Below are positions 1 to 9,696 of a DNA stretch of 64,000 bases, piece after piece. The notes beneath the pieces are model-generated. The model was given only the letters and a program-made list of their open reading frames with translations. It did not search any database and was not told where the DNA came from. Source of the stretch: Acidobacteriota bacterium (lineage in GTDB: Bacteria > Acidobacteriota > UBA6911 > RPQK01 > CBDFMZ01). Location: NCBI GenBank assembly GCA_965249865.1, contig CBDFMZ010000001.1:40202-104201 (forward strand), written 5' to 3'. Both the position numbers and the translations under genes were made by a program. Position 1 is the first letter of the stretch. Each line of letters starts with the position of its first letter.

Positions 1-1
1 A

Positions 2-481
2 CAGCTCGTAGACAAAATAAGCCCGCTTTGGTTTCACCGAATCGATGAACAGACGCGCCATATCCACTGCGGCATCAAAGGCATCTTGTGAGAAGTTGCG
101 CTGATCATGGTGATTCAGGCTCTCTGCAGCATACGATCCCACGGTATCAATGGCGCAACGAGCGTCCAGCTCATCGGCCAGAGCAAGACTTTCTGTGACC
201 TTCTCACGATTCGCTTTTGCTTGGTCGGGATCGGGGTCCAGCAGATTCGTCCAACACTGCACCTCAGCAATGACAACGTCTTCAGCTGCGAACGCTTTCG
301 TGATGTCCCGGATCCGGTCAGTGTCCTTGATGTCCACCTGCGGGGCATAGGCTGCACGATATCCCTTCTCTCTGTGCTTACGCGCCAGTGCGAACACGTC
401 GCGAACTGCGGAGCCGTGGCTCTGGCTGGCTCCCGGGCCAGCCGCCTCATCCATAAAGACAGGTCCTCCCAGACGAATCAT
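2..481 (-). CDS. Sugar phosphate isomerase/epimerase (AP endonuclease 2 / TIM-barrel family), 5' part only, runs off the window
   Basis: Not in the ORF track (no stop in window). Manual translation from ATG at 481, which overlaps the upstream stop (ATGA): MIRLGGPVF...LARKHREKGYRAAYAP...AFAAEDVVIAEVQCWTNLLDPDPDQAKANREKVTESLALADELDARCAIDTVGS. Open to the edge, with a TIM-barrel isomerase-like pattern. Confidence 0.65.
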   Translation of the reverse strand, partial: MIRLGGPVFMDEAAGPGASQSHGSAVRDVFALARKHREKGYRAAYAPQVDIKDTDRIRDITKAFAAEDVVIAEVQCWTNLLDPDPDQAKANREKVTESLALADELDARCAIDTVGSYAAESLNHHDQRNFSQDAFDAAVDMARLFIDSVKPKRAYFVYEL

Positions 482-1425
482 GGTTGCTCTCTCCTTTCTG
501 CTACTGCCGGGACCTGAGCGCGCAGATACTCGGAGACACCAGAGACATCATGGTCTTCAAACCCCTGACTGGATGCTTTCTCGAGCACTGCAACGTTACT
601 CATTGCCTGCGGCAACGGTGTCTGCAACTGTTGGGCCAACTCGAGAATAAGGTGCAGATCTTTCTCCGCCAGAGAGAGACGCAACGCCACTGGGACTTCT
701 CCGGGCCGTTCGAAGGCCTCACGCCGATAGTGCACGAAGGGTGCAGCGATGGCACTACAAGCGAAGATCTTGTAAGCCATTAGTCGATCGATGCCTGCGC
801 GTTCAGCCAGGATCAGTCCCTCTGACAAGGCTTGGTTGAGGCCATAGATGATGGTGTTGACGGCAAGCTTCATGGCTGCACCCGTTCCGAGCGGCCCCAC
901 GTGGAAAACGTGACTACCCAGTAAGGCCAGGATCGGTTCAACACGTTCGATATCCTGGGGTTGTCCACCGGCCATAATTGTGAGCTGGGCCGCCTCGGCC
1001 ATGGCTACGCTTCCCGAAACCGGAGCGTCCACTAGGGTGCATTGTACTTCCTCGATTTGCTGTGCGAGGCGCTCCACCGTTTTCGGGCCGACGGTACTCA
1101 TCTCTACAGCGACCATCCCCGGGCACATTCCGGCCGCCAGACCATCGGCCCCTTCGTAAACATCCTGGAGGGCCTGACAGTCAGAGACCATAGTCAGCAC
1201 GACCTGGGATCGTGTCGCTACCTCCGCTGGGCTGGTGCAGACCGTAATCGCGGCCTCCTCCACCCACTTGTTTGCCAGAGCTTCCGCCTTGGCTCGGGTC
1301 CGGTTGTATAGAGAAAGCAAGTAGCCAGCCTTTGCCAGGTTGGCGGCCATGCGCTGCCCCATATTTCCGATACCAACGAACCCCACTGAGGTGATCGCCT
1401 CGACTCTCTGAGCACTCAGTTTCAT
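478..1425 (-). CDS. NAD(P)-dependent oxidoreductase, 3-hydroxyisobutyrate/tartronate semialdehyde dehydrogenase family
   Basis: Rossmann GFVGIGNMG, DAPVSGS, catalytic MKLAVN lysine motif, typical C-terminal domain. Confidence 0.9.
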   Translation of the reverse strand: MKLSAQRVEAITSVGFVGIGNMGQRMAANLAKAGYLLSLYNRTRAKAEALANKWVEEAAITVCTSPAEVATRSQVVLTMVSDCQALQDVYEGADGLAAGMCPGMVAVEMSTVGPKTVERLAQQIEEVQCTLVDAPVSGSVAMAEAAQLTIMAGGQPQDIERVEPILALLGSHVFHVGPLGTGAAMKLAVNTIIYGLNQALSEGLILAERAGIDRLMAYKIFACSAIAAPFVHYRREAFERPGEVPVALRLSLAEKDLHLILELAQQLQTPLPQAMSNVAVLEKASSQGFEDHDVSGVSEYLRAQVPAVAERREQP

Positions 1426-1615
1426 ATGTTCAACTCATCCTTGTGATTAAAAAGAACGCCACCATCGTACCACTCGATTGTATTAGAGACGAGAAAAGAG
1501 AGTCAAAGAGAGTCAAGAAGGGGGATTTCTGAAACTGGACTCCGGTATTTCTCTGAGAGAGTTAAAACCTGTTTTCCCATTGCAGCCCCTGGTAAACGTC
1601 CCGCGTCTGGCGTTG

Positions 1616-1675
1616 CAAGCGCCGTGGACCCAGATGCCAGACATGCTGATCGAGGTGAAGTTGAGTCATCGTCGA
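1616..1675 (+). repeat. Copy C of a dispersed, diverged intergenic repeat
   Basis: 41/60 ungapped identity by manual alignment to the reverse complement of 35440-35499; shares caagcg, gatgcca and gagtc.tc.tcga anchors with 38005-38064. Confidence 0.55.
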
Positions 1676-1777
1676 CGAGGAGCAAAACAGAAAGTGGTGC
1701 CTCTCTCCCTGCCACCCTATCCTCCCTATCAAAAGCATTGACACATTCCGCTGTCCCACAGTATTCTAAAGCTCCCA

Positions 1778-2650
1778 ATGGCAAGAGCTTGCTCCTCGAA
1801 GAAATGGGAACTGGGATTACAGGGTGCGCTAACGATGGATTGTACTCTATCCCAGGAGATCGCTATCGCGAAAAGTCTGGATTATGACTGGCTTGAACTC
1901 AGGGATTGGAAACTGGAGGCTTTTCTCCGCGAACGACCGATGGAGGACCTGCTGACGCGATTTGAAGAAGCGGGAGTCAGACCTCTCAGTATTGCCGCCC
2001 TTGAACTCGGTTCCCTCGGTCCTGGTCCCGATCGCGACAGAATGAGTGAACGGCATGAATGGTATTTTCAGATGGCGCGGGACACGGGGTGCAAGTACCA
2101 GGAGGTAGTCCATTTTGGCCAGATGCCCAAGAATCTACCCGCTGAGAAGATCAAGCAGCTCACGGTTGCTGACCTGAGATATGTGTCTGATTTGGCTGCC
2201 AGATACGAGGTGATGGTGGTTTATGAATTCCTGGGTTCAAAAGAACTTCCTATCCATAACATTGTGGACACGATGGACATCCTCCATCAGGCGGACCGCG
2301 ACAATCTGACCTGGGTCTTTGATTTTTATCAATTCCACTCCTCCGATCGGTCGCTTGAAGCTCTCGTTAGCTCTGATGTGGACACACTGAGTGTCGTCCA
2401 TATGTGCGATGCAAAGGATTTACCCTACGAACAATTGGCACCACCAAACAGTGAGCGCCTCTTTCCGGGAGATGGTGTTTGTGAGACGGCAGAGATCCTG
2501 AAAATATTGTCTGACATGGGCTATCAAGGGCCATTTGTCATCGAGCTATATAACAACGAGTACATGGCGATGGGGCCCGAAGGATTCGCACGTGTTGCAA
2601 AGGAAAAAATGCTGGAAGTCCTCGACAAATACTTCCAACCGCAAGTGTGA
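1778..2650 (+). CDS. Sugar phosphate isomerase/epimerase, IolI (2-keto-myo-inositol isomerase)-like
   Basis: YDWLELRDWKL, VYEFLG, VFDFYQFH, VHMCD, PGDG and VIELYN match the metal-binding pattern of B. subtilis IolI (E, D-x2-H, H-x2-D, E). The true start may be slightly downstream. Confidence 0.8.
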   Translation: MARACSSKKWELGLQGALTMDCTLSQEIAIAKSLDYDWLELRDWKLEAFLRERPMEDLLTRFEEAGVRPLSIAALELGSLGPGPDRDRMSERHEWYFQMARDTGCKYQEVVHFGQMPKNLPAEKIKQLTVADLRYVSDLAARYEVMVVYEFLGSKELPIHNIVDTMDILHQADRDNLTWVFDFYQFHSSDRSLEALVSSDVDTLSVVHMCDAKDLPYEQLAPPNSERLFPGDGVCETAEILKILSDMGYQGPFVIELYNNEYMAMGPEGFARVAKEKMLEVLDKYFQPQV

Positions 2651-3030
2651 GAAAACAGTCCATATCAGAAGCGCTTTCTTTTTTACCTGTTTGCTTTTTG
2701 ATCTACTCCTCCCCCACGATGTACAGTGGCATTGCGTTCAACACCGTTACGTGGTCGTCAAAAATGTTGGGGTATGGATAAACCAGAGTACGGAGGGTGG
2801 ATTTCTCTTGTGGGATGTCGGTGTACATACATGATGTCTACGAGGCTTAAGCCGGTTTGAAAACCAGGGTAGGGGTGAGGAAAAGACTCAACCTTATAAA
2901 CGATACATGCTGTCGCACCCGTCTGGCCCTGTTCCATCCCGGAGTCGGTCCTATTTAGGTAGCGGCTACCGGCAGAAGTGAAAACGGGAATCTGCTGACA
3001 AAAGTTTCATATGAGGAGGTTGAATACGAA

Positions 3031-3813
3031 ATGAGATTAGAGGGAAAAACCTGCATCGTTACTGGATCTGCTCAAGGCATTGGAAAAGGTATTGGCTTGC
3101 GGCTGGTCGCCGAGGGCGCAAATGTGGTGTTTGCCGATCTCAATGGCGAGCAAGCGGAAGCTGTCGCATCGGAAGCTCACAGCAAAGGTGGGAAAGCGAT
3201 CTCCGTCTCCGTCGATGTAGCGGACCGGCAAAAGGTGCGATCCATGGTCGAACGGACAGTCTCGGAGTATGGCCAGCTCGACATCCTGTTCAACAACGCG
3301 GGAGTGAACAGGATCCAACCCTTCCTGGAAACCACTGAGGAGAATTGGGACTGGATCATGCGGGTGAACGGTCTGGGAGTCCTGGTCTGTACTCAGGAAG
3401 CAGCCAAACAGATGATTTCCCAAGGAACCGGGGGCAAAATCATCAACACCGCCTCCATCGCCGGTCGGCAAGGTTACGGAAACATCGCCCCCTACTGCGC
3501 CAGCAAGTTCGCTGTGGTAGCTCTGACACAGTCAAGTGCTCGAGCTCTGGCGGAGCACAAAATCACCGTAAACGGATTCTCGCCGGGTGTGGTCAACACT
3601 CCACTATGGAAGGATCTCGATCGGCAGCACATCGAGATCGGGGAGACTTCAGAACCGGGAGAAGCGATGAAGAATTTCGCTGCAGGGATTCTAATGGGAA
3701 GAGTATCGACGCCGGAAGACATTGTGGGACTAGCCGCCTTTCTCGCTTCATCGGACTCGGATTACATCACCGGCCAAGTCATCACGGTCGACGGTGGGAT
3801 GGTGCTCACGTAA
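3031..3813 (+). CDS. Short-chain dehydrogenase/reductase (acetoin reductase / polyol dehydrogenase-like)
   Basis: TGSAQGIG, NNAG, YCASK, PGVVNTPLW; strong RBS (GAGGAGG). Confidence 0.9.
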   Translation: MRLEGKTCIVTGSAQGIGKGIGLRLVAEGANVVFADLNGEQAEAVASEAHSKGGKAISVSVDVADRQKVRSMVERTVSEYGQLDILFNNAGVNRIQPFLETTEENWDWIMRVNGLGVLVCTQEAAKQMISQGTGGKIINTASIAGRQGYGNIAPYCASKFAVVALTQSSARALAEHKITVNGFSPGVVNTPLWKDLDRQHIEIGETSEPGEAMKNFAAGILMGRVSTPEDIVGLAAFLASSDSDYITGQVITVDGGMVLT

Positions 3814-3879
3814 ACCGATCGGGACTACGACGACAAGACTACGTGTCGGTATTTCACAATGAAGACTTCCGAGGAACCT

Positions 3880-4893
3880 ATGACGCAATCTAAAAGCCTT
3901 CGCTCCAAACAGAGGAAAAGGAAGAAAGTATCCACTGTCAAGCCTGAGCAGTGGCTACGCATTTATCGGCAGATGTTGAAGATTCGGGTATTTGAAGAAA
4001 ACGTTAACGAGCTGTACACCAGTGCTAAAATGCCGGGTTTGGCTCACTTGTATGCTGGTCAAGAGGCCGTGGCAGTGGGCGTGTGCGAGGCTATTCGGCG
4101 CGATGACTACATTACTAGCACTCATCGGGGCCACGGTCACTGCCTGGCCAAAGGGGCAAAGCTGGATCGCATGTTTTCCGAACTCCTGGGCAAGGAAGCG
4201 GGTTATTGCCGGGGCAAAGGAGGTTCAATGCACATTGCTGACCAGGAGACGGGGAACCTGGGCGCAAATGCCATTGTAGGGGGCAGTACCGCCATCGCGG
4301 CTGGGGCAGCTCTTTCCAGCAAAATGCGTGGAACCGACCAGATAACGGTGTGCTTTTTTGGCGAAGGGGCTCTGGGCCAAGGGCTGTTGTACGAAACGTT
4401 GAACATGGCCCAACTGTGGAAACTTCCGGTGATTTACGTGTGCGAGAACAATCTCTACAATGAGTACACTCATCACTCTGAGTCAACCGCTGGCGACATG
4501 AAGGCAAGGGCGGAGGCTTTCGGAATACACGCTGAAGAAATCAATGGTCAGGACGTGCGTGTCGTTTACCAAACCATGTTGGGCTTAGCTGAACAGACTC
4601 GTCACGGTGAGGGGCCAGCATTCCTACTGTGTCAGACCTATCGCTATCATGGACACCACGTAGGGGATATTGACCGAGCTTATCGCTCAAAGGAAGAGGA
4701 GCGGAAGTGGAAAACAACACACGATCCACTGAAGCTGTTAGCTCAATGGCTAACCAAAGCGAAACTGACTGACTCAGAGCAGTTAGAACATTTCGAGAAG
4801 GAGGTGCGATCTGAGGTGGCAGCAGCGGTTGAACTAGCCATGAATGCACCCTATCCGAAACTGAGTGAGGTGGACATGCATGTCTACGCCTAG
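3880..4893 (+). CDS. TPP-dependent dehydrogenase E1 alpha subunit (AcoA/PdhA-like)
   Basis: HLYAGQEA, THRGHGH, GKGGSMH, TPP motif GEGA...CENN, TYRYHGHHVGD. Confidence 0.9.
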   Translation: MTQSKSLRSKQRKRKKVSTVKPEQWLRIYRQMLKIRVFEENVNELYTSAKMPGLAHLYAGQEAVAVGVCEAIRRDDYITSTHRGHGHCLAKGAKLDRMFSELLGKEAGYCRGKGGSMHIADQETGNLGANAIVGGSTAIAAGAALSSKMRGTDQITVCFFGEGALGQGLLYETLNMAQLWKLPVIYVCENNLYNEYTHHSESTAGDMKARAEAFGIHAEEINGQDVRVVYQTMLGLAEQTRHGEGPAFLLCQTYRYHGHHVGDIDRAYRSKEEERKWKTTHDPLKLLAQWLTKAKLTDSEQLEHFEKEVRSEVAAAVELAMNAPYPKLSEVDMHVYA

Positions 4894-5908
4894 AACCGAG
4901 TTAAAACAAGACACTGCCCGGAAGGAGCGAGAGATTACCTTCGGTCAGGCTGTCAATGAAGCCCTCGCTGAGGAGATGCAGCGGGATCCACGCGTCTTCA
5001 TTGTGGGTGAGGATGTGGCAGAAGCCGGAACACCTTTCAAAGTTCTCATCGGCTTGGTGGATCGATTTGGAACGGAGCGGGTGATTGACTCACCCATCTC
5101 TGAAGCGGGCATCACCGGCCTAGCCGTAGGGGCTGCCATCACCGGTATGCGTCCGGTGGTGGACATTATGTTTGGCGATTTCATTACCCTCACCATGGAC
5201 CAAATGGTGAATCAGGCTGCCAAGACCCATTATATGTCGGGCGGCAAACTCTCCGTTCCCATGGTCATGCGTACCACACTTGGTGCTACCCGCCGCTCGG
5301 CAGCACAACACTCCCAATCGCTGTATGCTTGGTTTAGCCACGTTCCGGGCCTGAAGGTGGTTCTACCTTCAACTCCCTATGATGCCAAAGGTTTACTCAA
5401 AACCGCCATTCGTGACGACAATCCGGTAGCTTTCTTTGAGGACAAGGTCATGTTTTCGCTCAAGGGTCTGGTGCCAGAGGGTGATTACACCATTCCCTTT
5501 GGAGTTGCCGACATCAAGCGAGCCGGTAAAGACATCACGATTGTTGCGACAAGCAGTATGGTTCAGGTTGCCTTGGCGGCAGCGGAGCGGTTGGAAGAAG
5601 CAAGAATCAGTGCAGAAGTGATTGACCCACGAACGACCTTCCCTCTCGATAAGCATACCCTGATCGACTCGGCTAAAAAGACCAGCCGGGCTCTCGTGGT
5701 AGACGAAGGCTACCAACGCTACGGGGTCACAGGTGAGATCGCCTCTGTTATCGCCGATGGGGCTTTTTACTATCTGGACGCGCCGGTCAAACGAATGGGC
5801 GCAATGGATGTGCCTGTACCTTTTTCGCCCGTATTAGAAGATTTGACAGTGCCCACTCCAAAATCTGTGACTGAAATGGCCAAAAACCTGTGTGGCCAGA
5901 AAGAGTGA
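4880..5908 (+). CDS. TPP-dependent dehydrogenase E1 beta subunit (AcoB/PdhB-like)
   Basis: GEDV, DSPISEAG, GMRPVVDIMFGDF, QHSQ, PGLKVVLP; overlaps the E1 alpha stop. Confidence 0.92.
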   Translation: MSTPRTELKQDTARKEREITFGQAVNEALAEEMQRDPRVFIVGEDVAEAGTPFKVLIGLVDRFGTERVIDSPISEAGITGLAVGAAITGMRPVVDIMFGDFITLTMDQMVNQAAKTHYMSGGKLSVPMVMRTTLGATRRSAAQHSQSLYAWFSHVPGLKVVLPSTPYDAKGLLKTAIRDDNPVAFFEDKVMFSLKGLVPEGDYTIPFGVADIKRAGKDITIVATSSMVQVALAAAERLEEARISAEVIDPRTTFPLDKHTLIDSAKKTSRALVVDEGYQRYGVTGEIASVIADGAFYYLDAPVKRMGAMDVPVPFSPVLEDLTVPTPKSVTEMAKNLCGQKE

Positions 5909-6303
5909 GAGAGTCAGCTCCACAGTACTCACGTGCAAGGACCAGCTGTTCCTCTTAACCACAAGACGACTAGGTAACACTTGTACACTATAACGACCCC
6001 ACTTCGAATTTAGTCTCCCCAACTTTATGAGACACTATGAGGAAGGGACAATTCATCAATAAGAGCTTCACGTCTTTCTGGGAGCGCACTATAATGTTTT
6101 GATAGTGATAATCTGATGATGCAGTCATTAATTGGTTGCACCAATATAGTAAATGTTTGCTGAAAGATCTGGCGAGACGAGATTAGGTAATGACGAGGAG
6201 GCGATGCAGTGGTTTGTCTGACTCGCCCCCGGTTGCCCGTTGAGCATGGAGTCATATCGATATTAATCTAAACTGGATTTTCACACTTTGAAGGAGGAGG
6301 ATC

Positions 6304-7614
6304 ATGGGACGCAACACTTACGGCCTCATGGCTGTGGATTGGGAAGAGCGGGTCAATTTCGAGCGACTTCGCAATGAGCGCTTGGCACGGGCCAAGAAGC
6401 TTCTGAAGGAATCGGAGCTGGGTGCATTGCTGTGCTTCGACATGAATAATGTTCGTTATATCACGGCCACCCATATAGGCACTTGGGCCGTAGACAAACT
6501 GGTTCGCTTCACTTTGTTGCCCCAGAACGATGAGCCGATCCTGTGGGACTTCGGCTCGGCAGCAAGACATCACACGCTCTATTGCCCGTGGTTAGGTGAT
6601 GGACGTTCTCGTGCCGGCATCTCCACTTTGCGGGGAGCGATGTCTCCCCACTCCGGCCAAGCTGAAGATGTAGCCCGCAAGATTCGAATTGAACTGGAAG
6701 AACGTGGTTTATTGAACCAGCCAATTGGGGTGGATGTGGTGGAACCACCGGTCTTGTTTGCCCTTCAAAAAGAGGGTATCCAAGTCTTAGACGGGCAACA
6801 GCTAATGCAGAACGCCCGGATGATTAAAACTCAGGACGAGATCACACTACTCAACACAGCCTGTATGATGGTCGATGCAGCTTACGAAGAACTTTACCGG
6901 ACCATGAGGCCCGGCATGCGGGAGAACGAATGTGTTGGTCTGGTGAACAAAGTATTGTACGACTTGGGGTCAGAACATGTGGAGGGTGTCAATGCGATCT
7001 CCGGTGAGCGTTGCAACCCACACCCTCACGTTTATACCGATCGTGTTCTACGACCGGGTGACCCGGCTTACTTCGACTTGATCCACGCCTATATGGGCTA
7101 TCGGACCTGCTATTACCGTACTTTTGCGATAGGCAGTGCCTCCCAGGCTCAGGTAGATGCTTATAAACGCTGTCGTGACTACCTAGATGCATCCCTTAGC
7201 CTGATCAAACCCGGGGCCACCACCGCGGAGGTAGTCAAGGTTTGGCCGAAGGCGGAAGAGTTTGGTTTTCCCAACGAAGAATCCTGCTTCGCGCTGCAGT
7301 ACGGCCATGGGGTAGGACTCTCCGTTTGGGAGAAACCAGTCTTCAGTCGAATGGTTTCGCTCGACCATCCCGAAGTTATCGAAGAGGGTATGGTGTTTGC
7401 CCTCGAGACTTTTTGGCCAGCAACGGATGGCTGGTCGGCGGCGAGAATCGAAGAAGAATTGGTGGTTACTCAGGACGGTTGTGATGTTATAACTCGCTTC
7501 CCGGCGGAGGAACTGATGGTAGCGGGTCGCCGTTACTACACCGCAGGGGGTCCTCTGAATACCACCCGTGAAATCCAGGCCCATTTGAATAGGCCGAAGG
7601 CCAACGAGCCTTAA
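6304..7614 (+). CDS. M24 (Xaa-Pro peptidase / creatinase) fold hydrolase with an altered metal site
   Basis: Creatinase-like N-domain plus pita-bread domain: FD...GYRTCYYRTF, GHGVG, ALET, RIEE; strong RBS. Confidence 0.85.
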   Translation: MGRNTYGLMAVDWEERVNFERLRNERLARAKKLLKESELGALLCFDMNNVRYITATHIGTWAVDKLVRFTLLPQNDEPILWDFGSAARHHTLYCPWLGDGRSRAGISTLRGAMSPHSGQAEDVARKIRIELEERGLLNQPIGVDVVEPPVLFALQKEGIQVLDGQQLMQNARMIKTQDEITLLNTACMMVDAAYEELYRTMRPGMRENECVGLVNKVLYDLGSEHVEGVNAISGERCNPHPHVYTDRVLRPGDPAYFDLIHAYMGYRTCYYRTFAIGSASQAQVDAYKRCRDYLDASLSLIKPGATTAEVVKVWPKAEEFGFPNEESCFALQYGHGVGLSVWEKPVFSRMVSLDHPEVIEEGMVFALETFWPATDGWSAARIEEELVVTQDGCDVITRFPAEELMVAGRRYYTAGGPLNTTREIQAHLNRPKANEP

Positions 7615-7908
7615 CGGCCGAGCCCAAACCGGGGGTGAAAAGGTCCAGTTCTGAGAGTTCGCTTGAGAATGCGATGCCTTGAAGGAGCCGGAACTCGAAA
7701 CGTAAAGCAAGTTTGCTCACAATCTCAGCGTGTTGACAGTAGTTCAACGAAACCAAGATCAAAGTGAGTCTTCCGAATCCAGTACCAGGCAACGCTCAAT
7801 GCGCGATTCTGAAGAGACCCTCTGGTTCTTGCCGCTAGCGGTAATCGAGGTCAACGGACCCGGCAGGAGACTGCCGTAGCGCCCGCAGTCACCAAAGGAG
7901 CTTAGGAT

Positions 7909-9210
7909 TTGCCAACAAACATTATAATGCCTGCGCTTGGAATGGCGCAGGAAACCGGAATAATTCTGAAATGGTTCAAGGCTGAAGGTGAGACAGTAAG
8001 CAAGGGAGAGCCCTTGATCGAGGTCGAGACGGACAAAATCGCGGTTGAGCTCGAAGCTCCCGCCTCAGGCCGACTGGCCAATGTGACTGCCTCGGTCGGT
8101 GACGAAGTGGCAGTTGGCGTGGTGATTGGTAAGATTCTGGCTCCGGGAGAACTGACATCGAAACCTCCTGAGCCAGTTTCAGCTCTTTCCGTTCAGCCGC
8201 CCGCACCGGATTCCAAGGCAAGTTCAACAACGGCAAAGGTTTCGGTCACCACCTCGGCACAGCGCAGCGCGGATGAGTGCGAAGTAGCCCTTGAACGGGC
8301 AAGGTCTCAGGAAGATTGTGTCGACAAAACGGACATGCTGGACTATTCGAACAAACAGTCGTCAGAAACATCTGCCAGCCCTAGACCGGGGCGCAGTCTA
8401 GCCTCACCAAAGGCTCGACGCCTGGCAGTTGAGCGCGGGATCGAGATTACAGAGATCGACGGGAGTGGACCGGCCGGCGCGGTGCTGGTTGCCGACATCT
8501 TGGGGGCGGGAAGAATGCTTACTCCAGTCCTCAAACCGCAGACCCTAACGCTGAGCCAGACCTGGCGAGTGATGGCTGAACGGACCACACAAAGCTGGAC
8601 TCATGTACCCCACTTCTATCTGCTCCGTGAGGTGAACGCGAGCCGCTTAATTATCTGGCGCGAAAAGGTCCAGAAACAACTCCCAGAGAAAATAAGTTAC
8701 ACCGATTTATTGCTGAAACTGGTAGCAGTCTCCTTGAGGAGACATCCGCAAGTCAATTCCCAGTGGCAGGATGGGACAATCGCCCTCCTTGACGAAGTCA
8801 ATGTGGGACTGGCAGTGGCCATCGAGGAGGGACTTATTGTCCCAGTTATTGGCCGGACCGACGAGCTCAGTCTGAGCGAGATTGCTGCACGTCGACAAGA
8901 GCTCGTTCGCGCCGCCCAGTCCGGAATGCTGCGGCTAGAGGACATCAGCGGCGGAACCTTTACTCTCAGCAACCTAGGTATGTACGAGGTAGATGCCTTC
9001 AGTGCCATTGTTAACCCGCCGCAGGCCGCCATCCTGGCCGTAGGCCGCATCGCCCAGCGTGTCGTCCCTGTGAACGGCCAGCCCGCTATCCAACCAATGA
9101 TGATGCTTACCCTGTCCTGTGATCACCGTGTAGTGGATGGAGCACGAGGAGCACAATTTTTACAAACCTTGGTCGATCAGATAGAGGAACCGCCAGGGGT
9201 TTTTGACTGA
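7909..9210 (+). CDS. Dihydrolipoamide acyltransferase E2 (AcoC/PdhC-like)
   Basis: Lipoyl domain ETDK, E3-binding ASPKARRLA, catalytic DHRVVDG; TTG start with RBS AAGGAG. Confidence 0.92.
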   Translation: MPTNIIMPALGMAQETGIILKWFKAEGETVSKGEPLIEVETDKIAVELEAPASGRLANVTASVGDEVAVGVVIGKILAPGELTSKPPEPVSALSVQPPAPDSKASSTTAKVSVTTSAQRSADECEVALERARSQEDCVDKTDMLDYSNKQSSETSASPRPGRSLASPKARRLAVERGIEITEIDGSGPAGAVLVADILGAGRMLTPVLKPQTLTLSQTWRVMAERTTQSWTHVPHFYLLREVNASRLIIWREKVQKQLPEKISYTDLLLKLVAVSLRRHPQVNSQWQDGTIALLDEVNVGLAVAIEEGLIVPVIGRTDELSLSEIAARRQELVRAAQSGMLRLEDISGGTFTLSNLGMYEVDAFSAIVNPPQAAILAVGRIAQRVVPVNGQPAIQPMMMLTLSCDHRVVDGARGAQFLQTLVDQIEEPPGVFD

Positions 9211-9299
9211 GAAGTCGGATGTTCGAAAACACTCTGTGGCTCCTTCGAGGTTCTGCAAGGTCCCAGCCGGAGGTCTGTCGGAAAGTCAGCTACGTGCAG

Positions 9300-9535
9300 C
9301 TAGGCAGCACGGCCCCATGGCCCCCTAGTTGAGGCAGGCTCTCAAACATCTGAGAACTATCCCCCCGTTGAAAAAAAACAAGCCACTGCCCAGCAGGGGA
9401 TTTCCCATCTCCCTCTCCACGGTGGGTCGAATCCTGCGACATCTCCAGAGCCGGACAGAGTTGCTGAAACCTCACCGACGCACAATTTCTGTGTCACGAC
9501 ACCGCGGCAAACACCCCTATGTAATACGCAAAATT
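9300..9535 (+). mobile_element. Degenerate IS481-family transposase fragment (HTH region)
   Basis: Broken frames give LVEAGSQTSENYP..EKK then GFPISLSTVGRILRHL...RRTISVSRHRGKHPYVIRK, resembling the S.STVGRIL...RPYAVRK segment of IS481-type transposases; no catalytic core follows. Confidence 0.55.
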
Positions 9536-9696
9536 CGTCAGCATCGGGCTACCCAACAAGAACCCTCCGCGGGTCTCACATATAGTGAACCAGTACAACA
9601 ACTTGCGGTTTCCACGCCACTAGTGATAGCATAAGCTCACCACGCCGCTATGGTGATACTCAAGAGACTACGTAAGATCCAGTAAGGGATTGTTCC

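Noticed and set aside
1496-1515. 10-bp tandem repeat AAGAGAGTCA x2 in the divergent promoter region
   Set aside because: Only two short low-complexity copies; could be an operator but cannot be supported
6020-6070. IS6-like C-terminal fragment (TMRKGQF)
   Set aside because: A seven-residue resemblance only, with no other IS6 motif or terminal repeat
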